From IMG/VR virus record IMGVR_UViG_2713896773_000025: DNA of 32,043 nucleotides. One strand, written 5' to 3'. Below, in pieces: positions 16,857 through 25,861 of this stretch (the first letter of the stretch is position 1; the number at the start of each line of letters is the position of its first letter). Both the position numbers and the translations under genes were made by a program. The stretch comes from a virus. Lineage: Duplodnaviria; Heunggongvirae; Uroviricota; Caudoviricetes. A model generated the notes under the pieces. The model made no database searches. It saw nothing but the letters and a program-made list of their open reading frames with translations, and was not told where the DNA came from.

Positions 16857-16972
16857 GGGCAAATTCGTCCTGTAACGCGCTGTGACGCGTTCAGCCTGAT
16901 TGTGCTAGAGTGATTCGCCAAAGAGGTGTTCAGACGTTTTTAAAAGCGGTTTAAAAAGGCCTGGGCTCATAA

Positions 16973-17191
16973 ATGCATTACGGGAGCGGGCAACTGTACA
17001 CATTCAAAGCTTTCCTTGATTATTTCACCCCGCAGCAGTGGGTTTTCATTGGCATCTTAGGGGGGCTGGTTATAAAAGTTGCTGAGTGGTTCACTGACCG
17101 ATACTTTGCCCGCAGGCGTCAGTCTGCTAAACCCGATAAGCCGACAACCAAAGCGATCCTCAGCGATAATCCACTGAACCTCTTCATCTGA
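16973..17191 (+). CDS. doubtful 72-aa ORF in the G-I intergenic region
   Basis: Weak RBS; one hydrophobic helix; its 3' end overlaps the conserved late-promoter motif, so it may be spurious. Confidence 0.25.
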   Translation: MHYGSGQLYTFKAFLDYFTPQQWVFIGILGGLVIKVAEWFTDRYFARRRQSAKPDKPTTKAILSDNPLNLFI

Positions 17192-17227
17192 ACCTCCCCG
17201 CAGTGGTGCCGTATCGTCGGCACCATG
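17171..17227 (+). promoter_or_regulatory. late-promoter-like element, copy 2: motif CCACTGAACCTCTTCATC (17171..17188) plus hairpin 17204..17225 ending in the I-gene start codon
   Basis: Stem GGTGCCG / CGGCACC (17205..17211 / 17218..17224) extendable by a T-A pair that uses the A of the ATG at 17225; loop TATCGT. Confidence 0.55.
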
Positions 17228-18340
17228 AAAAAGACACTCATCGCTTCACTCACCCAGGAAATTAACACCGCTACTCCCGGTGTCATTCAGCTCTTTCCGG
17301 CTGGTGAATTCCGCGCCCGTGATGGTCGCCCGACCGAATGCGCCGCCTGGCTGATGACGCGGGAAATTGCAGAGCGCCTTATTGCCGCTGCTGATGCCCG
17401 CGCCACCCCCTATGTCCTTGACTACGAACACCAGACCCTTCGGGCCGCTAAAAACGGTTTGCCTGCGCCTGCAGCTGCATTCTTCAAAAAGCTGGAGTGG
17501 CGGGATGGCGAGGGTTTGTTCGCCATCGATGTCGAGTGGACAGCCGCTGCGGCTGCAATGGTCGAGGCGAAAGAGTATCGCTTTATTTCCCCCGTATTTT
17601 CTTACGACAAAACCGGTCAGGTGCTGGAGTTGCTTAACGCCGCGCTGACCAATACACCAGCGGTGGACGGGATGGAGGAAGTGTTACTTGCTGCCGCCTC
17701 CCTGATGGCCGCGCATTTAACCACAGAGGGTCAGACCGAAATGGATGAAGAATTTCTCAATGAGCTACTGAGCAACCTGCGCTGGATGCTCAATCTGCCA
17801 ACCGCCTCAACGAAAGAAGAGATTATGGCTGAGCTGCAAAAAATCATCACCATGATTTCCAATGGCCAGGGGACTGCAGCGGCGTCGGTCAGTCTGCTGG
17901 ATATCCTGAACCAGAACGCGCAGAGCATCGCCGACCTGTCAGCGAAACTCGACACGCCTGACCCGGCTAAGTGGGTTTCGGTGGAGGTCATGCATTCAGC
18001 CGTTCAGCAGGCAACAGAGCGTGCAGGTGCGGGTAATACCGCCGCACTCGCCACGCAACAGGCTGAAGCGTTGATTACGGTTGCCCTCGGCGACGGTCGT
18101 CTGCTTCCGGCACAGCAGGCATGGGCTGCGTCACTGGCGAAATCCGATCCGGCCAGTCTTACCGCCTTTATCGAAAAAGCGCCAAAGATTGCCGCACTGA
18201 CGACCAGTCAGACTCAGGGGCAACCGCCTGCAGGCCTTCCGTCACACCCGTCACAGGGTGCTGAAGATGATGCGATTGACCCGGCCATCTGCTCCATGAT
18301 GGGCAATGACCCGGAAAGCGTCGCGAAATACCTCAAATAA
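17225..18340 (+). CDS. Mu I-like head protease/scaffold protein (371 aa)
   Basis: Position between G-like and major capsid genes; Ala-rich scaffold-like C-terminal half. Confidence 0.78.
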   Translation: MKKTLIASLTQEINTATPGVIQLFPAGEFRARDGRPTECAAWLMTREIAERLIAAADARATPYVLDYEHQTLRAAKNGLPAPAAAFFKKLEWRDGEGLFAIDVEWTAAAAAMVEAKEYRFISPVFSYDKTGQVLELLNAALTNTPAVDGMEEVLLAAASLMAAHLTTEGQTEMDEEFLNELLSNLRWMLNLPTASTKEEIMAELQKIITMISNGQGTAAASVSLLDILNQNAQSIADLSAKLDTPDPAKWVSVEVMHSAVQQATERAGAGNTAALATQQAEALITVALGDGRLLPAQQAWAASLAKSDPASLTAFIEKAPKIAALTTSQTQGQPPAGLPSHPSQGAEDDAIDPAICSMMGNDPESVAKYLK

Positions 18341-18351
18341 AGGAGAGCGAA

Positions 18352-18744
18352 ATGGATCGTCATACCCCTTATCGCGACGGCCAGCTGTTTGCCGTCCCGG
18401 TTGCGGCAGCCACTGAACTCTTTGGCGGCCACATTATTGCGGCCAACGCAGCGGGCTTTGCTGTACCAGGCAGCGCCACTGCAGCCAATACCACCCTCGG
18501 CATCTGTGATGGCTGGGTGGATAACTCTGCAGGTGCAGCCGGTGATGCGAGCGTGCTGGTTCGTCGTGGTAAAGCCTGGTTCCTGGCCAACAGCACTGCT
18601 GACGCGGTCACGCAGACGCAGATTGGCAAAGATTGCTACGTGGTGGACAGCCAGACAGTGGCTAAAACCAGTGATACCAACGCCCGCCCGGTCGCCGGAA
18701 AGGTGCTGGGTCTTGAGAATGATGGCGTCTGGGTTCTGATTTAA
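18352..18744 (+). CDS. putative head decoration/cement protein, DUF2190-like (130 aa)
   Basis: AGGAG RBS; Gly/Ala-rich beta-type sequence resembling DUF2190 proteins; sits just upstream of the major capsid gene. Confidence 0.5.
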   Translation: MDRHTPYRDGQLFAVPVAAATELFGGHIIAANAAGFAVPGSATAANTTLGICDGWVDNSAGAAGDASVLVRRGKAWFLANSTADAVTQTQIGKDCYVVDSQTVAKTSDTNARPVAGKVLGLENDGVWVLI

Positions 18745-18757
18745 TAAGGAGAGAACC

Positions 18758-19666
18758 GTGTTAATTAACGTAAAAAATGTGCGTCAGATTTTCATTAATC
18801 TGAAAGCGACCTTCCAGAACGCCTTTGATCAGACGCCGTCCGACTGGCAGAAGATTGCGATGGTGGTACCGTCGACCGGGAAAGAGAACGACTACAGCTG
18901 GCTGAGCCGTTTCCCGAAAATGCGTGAGTGGATTGGCGACAAGGTTATTAAAGCGTTCGCCGCGTTCAACTACACCATTCGCAATAAAGACTGGGAAGCG
19001 ACGGTTGAAGTTGAGCGTAACGATATCGAAGACGATCAGATTATGGGCTATGCCCTGCAGGCTAAAGGTGCGGGCCAGTCCGCTGCCGAACTGCCAGCCG
19101 ATATCGTCTTTGCACTCCTGAACAACGGCTTCACCAACCTTTGCTACGATGGTCAGCCCTTCTTTGATACCGACCACCTTTCCGGTGGCAAGTCGGTCTC
19201 TAACAAAGGCACGAAAAAGCTTGCCGTCACCTCGCTTGCCGCAGCAAAAGCAAGTTACGGCGCTGCACGAACCGCCATGCGCAGCCTGAAGGATGATGAA
19301 GGCGCATCCCTGAAAATTCGCCCGACCATCCTGGTTGTGCCTCCGGCTCTTGAAGATGATGCCAACTACCTGATGACGGCTGACCGCTTCCCGGACAATA
19401 CGCCAAACCCTTACAAGGGGACGGCTGAGGTTATGGTTGTCCCTGAGCTGACGTCTGATACCGCCTGGTTCCTTCTGGATAACACCAAGCCCGTGAAGCC
19501 CCTGATTTACCAGGAGCGTAAGAAACCAGTCTTTGTTGAGCAGACCGACTACAACTCTGACAACGTGATGATGCGTAAGAAGTTTCTCTTCGGTGCTGAA
19601 GCACGTGCAAACGGTGGCTACGGCTTCTGGCAGATGGCGTATGGCTCTACCGGGGAGGACGCATAA
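18758..19666 (+). CDS. major capsid protein, Mu T-like (302 aa, GTG start)
   Basis: AAGGAGAG RBS before GTG; size and position match the Mu major head subunit T. Confidence 0.85.
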   Translation: MLINVKNVRQIFINLKATFQNAFDQTPSDWQKIAMVVPSTGKENDYSWLSRFPKMREWIGDKVIKAFAAFNYTIRNKDWEATVEVERNDIEDDQIMGYALQAKGAGQSAAELPADIVFALLNNGFTNLCYDGQPFFDTDHLSGGKSVSNKGTKKLAVTSLAAAKASYGAARTAMRSLKDDEGASLKIRPTILVVPPALEDDANYLMTADRFPDNTPNPYKGTAEVMVVPELTSDTAWFLLDNTKPVKPLIYQERKKPVFVEQTDYNSDNVMMRKKFLFGAEARANGGYGFWQMAYGSTGEDA

Positions 19667-20073
19667 TGCCGATTCAAATCACTGCCCGCCGTAACGGTTT
19701 TCGCCGTCTCGGCATCGCCCACAGCGCGAATACTGTCACCTGGCCGGATGACCAGTTCAGCGACAGCGAACTCCAGATTCTGGAAAACGATCCCAATCTG
19801 ATTGTGGTCCGCCTGCAGGATGTGCCTGAAATCTCAGGGGGTGATGATGCTGTTTCCGCCCTGATCGCTGAGCGTGACGGCCTTAAGGTACGCATCAGCG
19901 AACTGGAGGCGACGGTTCTGCAGCTCAATCAGGATGGTGATGCACTTAAGCAGCAGCTAACCAGTGCAAACAGCACCATCGCAGAACTGGAAACTGAACG
20001 CAATGCACTGCGTCAGGAGCTGGATTCGCTGAAGGCCGGTTCGCAAACCCCGGACAAAAAGGCGAAGGGGTAA
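19666..20073 (+). CDS. Mu gp35-like head-associated protein (135 aa)
   Basis: Follows the major capsid gene with overlapping start; coiled-coil C-terminal half. Confidence 0.5.
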   Translation: MPIQITARRNGFRRLGIAHSANTVTWPDDQFSDSELQILENDPNLIVVRLQDVPEISGGDDAVSALIAERDGLKVRISELEATVLQLNQDGDALKQQLTSANSTIAELETERNALRQELDSLKAGSQTPDKKAKG

Positions 20074-20076
20074 GCC

Positions 20077-20505
20077 ATGTACGCGAACCGTGAGGACATG
20101 GTCAGGGCGTTTGGTGAGCGTGAGTGCGTGTCGCTCACCGACCGCAGCTATACCGGGCAGATTGACGATGATGTGCTGAACGGCGCACTCATTCAGGCCA
20201 GCGCTGAAATCGACGGTTATCTCTGCGGTCGCTATCCGGTGCCCTGGGCTGATGAGCCCCGTGTTCTCGTCGGTCGCTGCTGCAACATCGCCCGCTACCT
20301 TCTGTGCGGCTCTGAGACCCAGATGACAGATGAAATCCGCGAGCGGTATGAAGACACCGTTCGTTACCTGGAAAAAGTTGCATCCGGGCGAATCAATCTG
20401 GGCCGCACGACGACGGGGGAAGTGGTGAAAAGCGGAACCGGTGCGCGGATGGTGTCTGGTGGTCGCGTCTTCGGGCGTGACCAGACTGGTGGAGGAAGTT
20501 TCTGA
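20077..20505 (+). CDS. Mu gp36-like protein (DUF1320-like) (142 aa)
   Basis: Position and size in the head-tail joining block. Confidence 0.55.
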   Translation: MYANREDMVRAFGERECVSLTDRSYTGQIDDDVLNGALIQASAEIDGYLCGRYPVPWADEPRVLVGRCCNIARYLLCGSETQMTDEIRERYEDTVRYLEKVASGRINLGRTTTGEVVKSGTGARMVSGGRVFGRDQTGGGSF

Positions 20506-21164
20506 TGGTGATTACGGATATCGAAAAAGCCATCGTGGAGCGCCTTCGTAAAGGTATGGGGCGTATGGTGAAGAACGTGCGCTCCTACGGCGGCGAGCTG
20601 GACGGCGAACCTGCGGAGGTGCTGCGCCAGCTCCCTGCGGTCTGGGTGACCTTCGGCGGGGTACAAAAAACCGAGCCGTACAGCACAGCACGGCAACGGT
20701 TTGTCACCCACGGTCGCTTTGTCGTGGTGGTTGGCGAGCGCAGCCTGCGCAGTGAAGAAGCGGCCCGAATGGGGGGGCCGCATGTGCAGGAGGTGGGGAC
20801 GTATATTCTGGTCGCCGCCGTTCGTCGTCTGCTGTCGGGTCAGGATATGGCCGATACGGGTATCAAAATCGACCCGCTCAGCCCTGGTCGCGTGCGCACG
20901 CTCTTCAACACCCAGATAGAATCTCAGGCATTTTCCGTTTTTGCCTGTGAGTTCGACACAAAGTGGATTGAGTCGGCGCTGGAGAACGGGCGTTACCCGC
21001 TCACGGCTGCGCCGGAAGACCATGCTGACCATATGTTCCGGATTTATGGCGGTGCCACTACCGACGATGACCCGGCATGGCTGAGAACCCGACTCAGTTA
21101 CGATCTTAAGCAGCCTGATAAAGACAATGCAGCAGAGGACATTATCAGTCATGAGCAAAATTAA
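20505..21164 (+). CDS. Mu gp37-like protein (DUF1834-like) (219 aa)
   Basis: Position and size; start overlaps upstream stop. Confidence 0.6.
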   Translation: MVITDIEKAIVERLRKGMGRMVKNVRSYGGELDGEPAEVLRQLPAVWVTFGGVQKTEPYSTARQRFVTHGRFVVVVGERSLRSEEAARMGGPHVQEVGTYILVAAVRRLLSGQDMADTGIKIDPLSPGRVRTLFNTQIESQAFSVFACEFDTKWIESALENGRYPLTAAPEDHADHMFRIYGGATTDDDPAWLRTRLSYDLKQPDKDNAAEDIISHEQN

Positions 21165-21372
21165 AGTAAAAGCCGCCAGAGGGTTGAGCGTGCCGCGCGA
21201 AGATAATGCGCGCCGCTACATTACTGATGCGGAACCCCTTGAGGTGGAGAACACCGCTTATTACCAGCGTCAGGTAATGGCCGGTGATCTGATTATTGTC
21301 ACCAGCAGTGACAAGAACACCAAAAGCAAAAGCAGCGAGCCCAGCGCGGAGGTGAACGGTGAGCAGTCCTAA
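21151..21372 (+). CDS. Mu gp38-like small protein (DUF2635-like) (73 aa)
   Basis: Internal ATG at 21151 (MSKIKVK) overlapping the upstream gene end; precedes the sheath gene as in Mu. Confidence 0.5.
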   Translation: MSKIKVKAARGLSVPREDNARRYITDAEPLEVENTAYYQRQVMAGDLIIVTSSDKNTKSKSSEPSAEVNGEQS

Positions 21373-22777
21373 TATCAGCTTTGACACTATCGGTACGAAC
21401 CGCAAGCCGGGTCAGTATATTGAGTTCAACACCCGCCTGGCCGTTCGTACCCTGCCAGGTAACACCCAGAAGGTGCTGATGATTGCGCCAATGCTGGCCT
21501 CCGGTTTGTCTGCACCGCTTGTCATTCAGTCTGTTTTCTCTGATGAAGAAGCTGCGACGTACTTTGGCCGTGGCTCGCTGGCGCATCTGATGGCCACAGC
21601 GGCCATCGGTGCCTACCCCTATCTGCAGCTGCAGATCGTCGGGGTCAGCGATGCGGCCACTGCAACAGCCGCGACGGGCAAAATCGCCCTGACCGGCACA
21701 GCATCTTCCGGCGGGAAGCTGAGCGTGACCATTAATGGTACCCGTATTGATGTCGGTATTTCGGCAGCAGATACGGCGGAGACCATTGCGGCAGCGCTGA
21801 CGGAACTGATTACCCAGAAAGACGGGTTGCCAGTGACGGCAACGGCAAACGCGGGGGAAGTGACCCTGACCTGCCGCCATAAAGGGGCTGTTGGTAACGA
21901 CATTATTGTCTCTTCCGGCGTGACGGCAGCGGGTATCACAGCGGCGACCACCACGCTGGCAGGCGGCAATGTTGATCCGGATATTACGCCAGCGCTGGCA
22001 GCAGCGTTCTCAGCAGGTCATAACATTGTTGTTTGTCCGTTCTCCACCCAGGAGGCGATGACGGCGCTGCGTAACCATCTGACAAACGTCAGCAATGCGA
22101 TGGAACAGCGCGGCGCAATTGGTGTGGGTGGGTGGCGCAAGTCGCTTTCCACCGGCATTGCACTGGCAGCCTCACTTAATGACGGACGTATCACGCTGGG
22201 CTGGCATAGCGGTTCGGTAAAAACACCGGCGCAGATTGCCGCTGCCTATGCTGCTGTTATCGCCAGTGAAGAGGACCCGGCACGCCCGCTGAACACCCTT
22301 GCGATGAGCACGCTGGACGTGACTGCAGTAGAGAGTCAGCCTGGGCGAACTGAGCAGGAGAACGCCCTGCTGAATGGTCTTACGCCGTTTGAGATTGGCC
22401 CCGGTGACAAAGTGCAAATCGTTCGCGCGATCAGCACCTACACCAAAAACGCCCAGGGCGTGGATGATGTGGCGCTGCTGGATATCACCACCATCCGAAC
22501 GCTGGACTATGTGCGCAAGGCCTGCCGTGAACGCATCGCTCTGCGATTCCCGCGCGACAAGCTCAGCTCAAGAACACCTCCGAAGGTACGCAGTGAACTG
22601 CTTGATGTGCTTTACAAGCTGGAGGAGCTGGAGATTGTCGAGGAGGTGGATGCCAACAAAGACGGTCTTATTGTAGAGCGCGATCTGCAGGATGTTAACC
22701 AGCTGAACGGTCGCATCCCTGCGGATGTTGTGAATGGCCTGCACGTCTTTGCCGGTCGAATTGATTTGCTGCTCTGA
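21359..22777 (+). CDS. contractile tail sheath protein, Mu L-like (472 aa, GTG start)
   Basis: Size, Gly/Ala/Thr-rich middle region, and position directly before the tube and chaperone genes. Confidence 0.87.
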   Translation: MSSPNISFDTIGTNRKPGQYIEFNTRLAVRTLPGNTQKVLMIAPMLASGLSAPLVIQSVFSDEEAATYFGRGSLAHLMATAAIGAYPYLQLQIVGVSDAATATAATGKIALTGTASSGGKLSVTINGTRIDVGISAADTAETIAAALTELITQKDGLPVTATANAGEVTLTCRHKGAVGNDIIVSSGVTAAGITAATTTLAGGNVDPDITPALAAAFSAGHNIVVCPFSTQEAMTALRNHLTNVSNAMEQRGAIGVGGWRKSLSTGIALAASLNDGRITLGWHSGSVKTPAQIAAAYAAVIASEEDPARPLNTLAMSTLDVTAVESQPGRTEQENALLNGLTPFEIGPGDKVQIVRAISTYTKNAQGVDDVALLDITTIRTLDYVRKACRERIALRFPRDKLSSRTPPKVRSELLDVLYKLEELEIVEEVDANKDGLIVERDLQDVNQLNGRIPADVVNGLHVFAGRIDLLL

Positions 22778-22790
22778 GGAGTAAACCATA

Positions 22791-23165
22791 ATGGCTCTTG
22801 AAGAATATGTTGGCGCGATCGTCATGGAAGTCGACGGCCAGGAAATTGAAGTGACTGACCTCAAGGAAGATGTGACCACTGGACGCAAGCTGGTTAAGAC
22901 GATGAACAAAACGGGACGTGCCAAAGGTTTTTCCCGTGGCATTGAAGAGATCCAGCTGACCGTTACGGTAGTTATCCCGGAATCCGGCGACCTGAACTGG
23001 GGCGGTATTGAAGGTGCGAAAATCACCCAGTATCCACTTAACAGCAGCGGTAAACGTGTTTCTTACCTGGACTGTTTCAGCACTCAGGTCGGGGCTCAGT
23101 ATACCGTCGACAACGAAGCGAAGCGCGATATCACCATGAATGCGCTTCGTCGGGTGGAGGAATAA
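22791..23165 (+). CDS. tail tube protein, Mu M-like (124 aa)
   Basis: Immediately follows the sheath gene; size typical of tube proteins. Confidence 0.75.
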   Translation: MALEEYVGAIVMEVDGQEIEVTDLKEDVTTGRKLVKTMNKTGRAKGFSRGIEEIQLTVTVVIPESGDLNWGGIEGAKITQYPLNSSGKRVSYLDCFSTQVGAQYTVDNEAKRDITMNALRRVEE

Positions 23166-23549
23166 ATGGAAAAGCAGCAACTTTTATATGGCGTTAAATG
23201 CGGTGATAAAGTCCATTTTGACTTTGCCGTCAGGCTGCCTGTGGTGAGCGATACCATTGAAGCGCTGCGGGCAACCGATGAAGCCTGCGGCACTACCGAA
23301 GGTGCAGCCGCAAACATGTATTACCGCGTTGCGGTGATGGCGTGTGCAATTACTTCCCTCGGAGACCTGCAGAAGGAAGAAATCACGGCAGAGCTGTTAC
23401 TTAACGAACTGAATGATGATGATTTCGATCTCATCGATGCTCAGATTGAAGCCATTAAAAAAAAGCGGATGGATTTGAACAAAAGCTCACCGGGTACCGA
23501 ACCCTCGTCCTTGCCCTCGGGCGATACGGGATCAGTGAACAACAAATAG
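23166..23549 (+). CDS. tail assembly chaperone, short (in-frame) form (127 aa)
   Basis: Acidic small protein between tube and tape measure; contains A_AAA_AAG slippery heptamer near its 3' end. Confidence 0.7.
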   Translation: MEKQQLLYGVKCGDKVHFDFAVRLPVVSDTIEALRATDEACGTTEGAAANMYYRVAVMACAITSLGDLQKEEITAELLLNELNDDDFDLIDAQIEAIKKKRMDLNKSSPGTEPSSLPSGDTGSVNNK

Positions 23550-23689
23550 GAAGCATGACCCGAACGGAACTCGACGGCTACACCGAAGCGCTTGCCCGGT
23601 TACATGGAAAGAAAACCGGGCAAACCACCACCCGTACAACCCGCACTGTCAAATCGCAACGCCGGAAGAAAGTCGGCAAACGGAGATAA
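23166..23689 (+). CDS. tail assembly chaperone, -1 frameshift-extended form (about 175 aa)
   Basis: Fusion of frame-0 codons up to 23465 with the -1 frame 23465..23689; extension is basic (KKTGQTTTRTTRTVKSQRRKKVGKRR); matches the conserved G/GT-type arrangement upstream of tape-measure genes. Confidence 0.6.
23459..23465 (+). promoter_or_regulatory. -1 programmed ribosomal frameshift slippery heptamer A_AAA_AAG
   Basis: Heptamer is in the correct register of the chaperone frame; the -1 frame is open from here to a TAA at 23687..23689, four nt before the tape-measure ATG. Confidence 0.65.
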
Positions 23690-23692
23690 TCC

Positions 23693-25861
23693 ATGGCGCG
23701 TAACTTACAACTGGCGCTGCAGCTGCTTGCCCGTGATACCGGCTCTAAAGTGCTTAAGCAGGCACTGCAGGGCATCAGCCGTGATACCAAAGCGGCGCAA
23801 AAGACCGATGACGAGCTGGCGAAATCCCGCCAGCAGAACTCAACCACAGCGATTCGTGCCTCCCGTTCTCTGATTGAGGAATACCGTCGCGCCAGCTCGG
23901 CGCGATCTACCCTTGGTATTCGTTCTGAGCGCGATATTCAGCGTGAAATACAGCAGACCATGGCGGCCTACAACCGCCTTACCCGCACAGGCATGCTGTC
24001 CGCGAATGAGCAGAATCGGGCTTTCAGGGCCATGACTGACAGGGTCAAAACGCTGCGGACTGAACTTGGTGGCGTGAATGACTCAATGACGCGCATGCAG
24101 CGCTTTCGTGCTGCTGGTTCCAGCGTTGCTGCAGTTGCTGGCGGGATTGCTGCTGCAGGGGCCGTATTATCAACACCAGTATCTAAACAGATGGACTATC
24201 GCCAGCGACTTGCAATGATGGCCAATACTGCTTATGCCGATGAAGGGCTGCAAGGTCGCAGAAAAGGAATGGTGGAGATGGATTCGATGGTTCGCCAGGC
24301 TGTTCGTGCTGGCGGCGGAACAAAAGAATCAGCAGCTGATACCCTTGATACAATGCTGGCTTCAGGGGCTGTTGATATGCCGTCAGCAAAGGTGATGCTA
24401 CCTTTAATTCAAAAATATTCCACAGCCACTGGCGCAGCTCCAGAAGATTTGGCAAATATTGCCATAAAATTAAAACAATCGTTTGGCATAAAAGACGGTG
24501 AGCTTGAGTCTGCACTTAATATGGCAATTAGCGCTGGGCAAAGTGGCTCTTTTGAATTGAAAGATATGGCTAAGTGGCTTCCTAAGCAGCTTGCCAGTGC
24601 TGGCAATGTCGGTATGAAAGGTCTTGATGATTTTGCCGTCTTGCTTGGCTGGAACCAGGCGTCAGCTATTACATCAGGTTCACCGGACGAGGCCGGTAAT
24701 AACCTTAATAATTTATTGCTAAAGCTGAATAGTCAGGATGCTGCTAACGCTGCAGCACGGATTAAACTACCCAGCGGTAAAGGAATTGACCTCTCTGGAA
24801 GTCTTGCAAAAGCTGTTGGTAACGGTATAAATCCTCTAGAAGCTTTTAACACGATTGTTGATAAAATTGTGGCTTCAAATCCAGCATATAAAAAACTTGA
24901 AGATAAACTCAAAACAGCACCGGAAAGTGAACGTAAAAATATAATTAGTTCGCAAGCAAGGATTCTTGAAGGTTCTGGTATAGGTAAAATTATTGCTGAC
25001 CAGCAGGCGCTATTAGCTCTATTAGGGTATAGAGGGAATAAAAAATACACCCAAGACGTAATTTCAGGGGCGAATTCACAACGTAATTTACCAGTTGGTA
25101 ATACTGCCGGTAACATCAACTTTGCTTTAATGTCAGAACAGCCGGGATATAAAACTGGGCAGTTAAAAAACGAACAGGACTTTGCTGCAATGGATTCCAT
25201 TGCCCCTTTATCTGATGCACTGGGTGACATTTCAGAAAAATTAACCAAATATGCTGGTGAGTATCCGGGGCTAACCACTGCGATTGCAGGTGCCACCACT
25301 GGCATTAAAGCCATGACAGCAGCGGCTGTAGCTTTTGCCGGGCTCAATTTCCTGACGGGGGGCGGAATAAAAATGCCTGGTTCTCCTGCAGGGGGAGTTC
25401 CGTCTGCTGGCGGTACTGCTCTGGGGCGCACCTGGTCCGCTATCCGGGGTGGTGCAGGTAAAGTTCTGGGGCGCGTTGCTGCTCCGCTGGCACTCTACCA
25501 GGGCATGAAGGATGCGCCGCTCGTTCATGTTGAGCGAGGCGATGCTGATGCGCGTGCGAGACTCAAGGTCGACAATTATTCCAGTGAGTCAGCACGCATG
25601 CTGGATGCAGTAAAAGCCCGCCCCGGATTGCTGGATGCCGTGGATGAGATCAAATCATGGTGGAGTTCACCGGCCACTATGGGTCAAAACACACCAGCAA
25701 CCACAGGCGTACCGTCTTATCTGCTGCCCCAGCAGCAACAAAAATCACAACCAATTAACCTCACCACAAAGCTGGTATTAGACGGACGTGAAATTGCATC
25801 AGCTGTTAATGAATACAACGGCGAACAATCCGTTCGCGGCTCAACAGGAGGCCCGCAGTGA
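23693..25861 (+). CDS. tail tape measure protein (722 aa)
   Basis: Long Ala/Gly-rich helical protein after the chaperone pair; central portion is AT-rich relative to flanks. Confidence 0.88.
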   Translation: MARNLQLALQLLARDTGSKVLKQALQGISRDTKAAQKTDDELAKSRQQNSTTAIRASRSLIEEYRRASSARSTLGIRSERDIQREIQQTMAAYNRLTRTGMLSANEQNRAFRAMTDRVKTLRTELGGVNDSMTRMQRFRAAGSSVAAVAGGIAAAGAVLSTPVSKQMDYRQRLAMMANTAYADEGLQGRRKGMVEMDSMVRQAVRAGGGTKESAADTLDTMLASGAVDMPSAKVMLPLIQKYSTATGAAPEDLANIAIKLKQSFGIKDGELESALNMAISAGQSGSFELKDMAKWLPKQLASAGNVGMKGLDDFAVLLGWNQASAITSGSPDEAGNNLNNLLLKLNSQDAANAAARIKLPSGKGIDLSGSLAKAVGNGINPLEAFNTIVDKIVASNPAYKKLEDKLKTAPESERKNIISSQARILEGSGIGKIIADQQALLALLGYRGNKKYTQDVISGANSQRNLPVGNTAGNINFALMSEQPGYKTGQLKNEQDFAAMDSIAPLSDALGDISEKLTKYAGEYPGLTTAIAGATTGIKAMTAAAVAFAGLNFLTGGGIKMPGSPAGGVPSAGGTALGRTWSAIRGGAGKVLGRVAAPLALYQGMKDAPLVHVERGDADARARLKVDNYSSESARMLDAVKARPGLLDAVDEIKSWWSSPATMGQNTPATTGVPSYLLPQQQQKSQPINLTTKLVLDGREIASAVNEYNGEQSVRGSTGGPQ

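Noticed and set aside
20364-21158. 264-aa minus-strand ORF
   Set aside because: Antisense to the gp36/gp37-like plus-strand genes in a strictly unidirectional operon; Arg/Pro-rich composition; no independent RBS.
24733-25431. 232-aa minus-strand ORF inside the tape measure gene
   Set aside because: Antisense to the tape-measure coding sequence; Ala/Pro-rich mirror of the Ala/Gly-rich plus frame.
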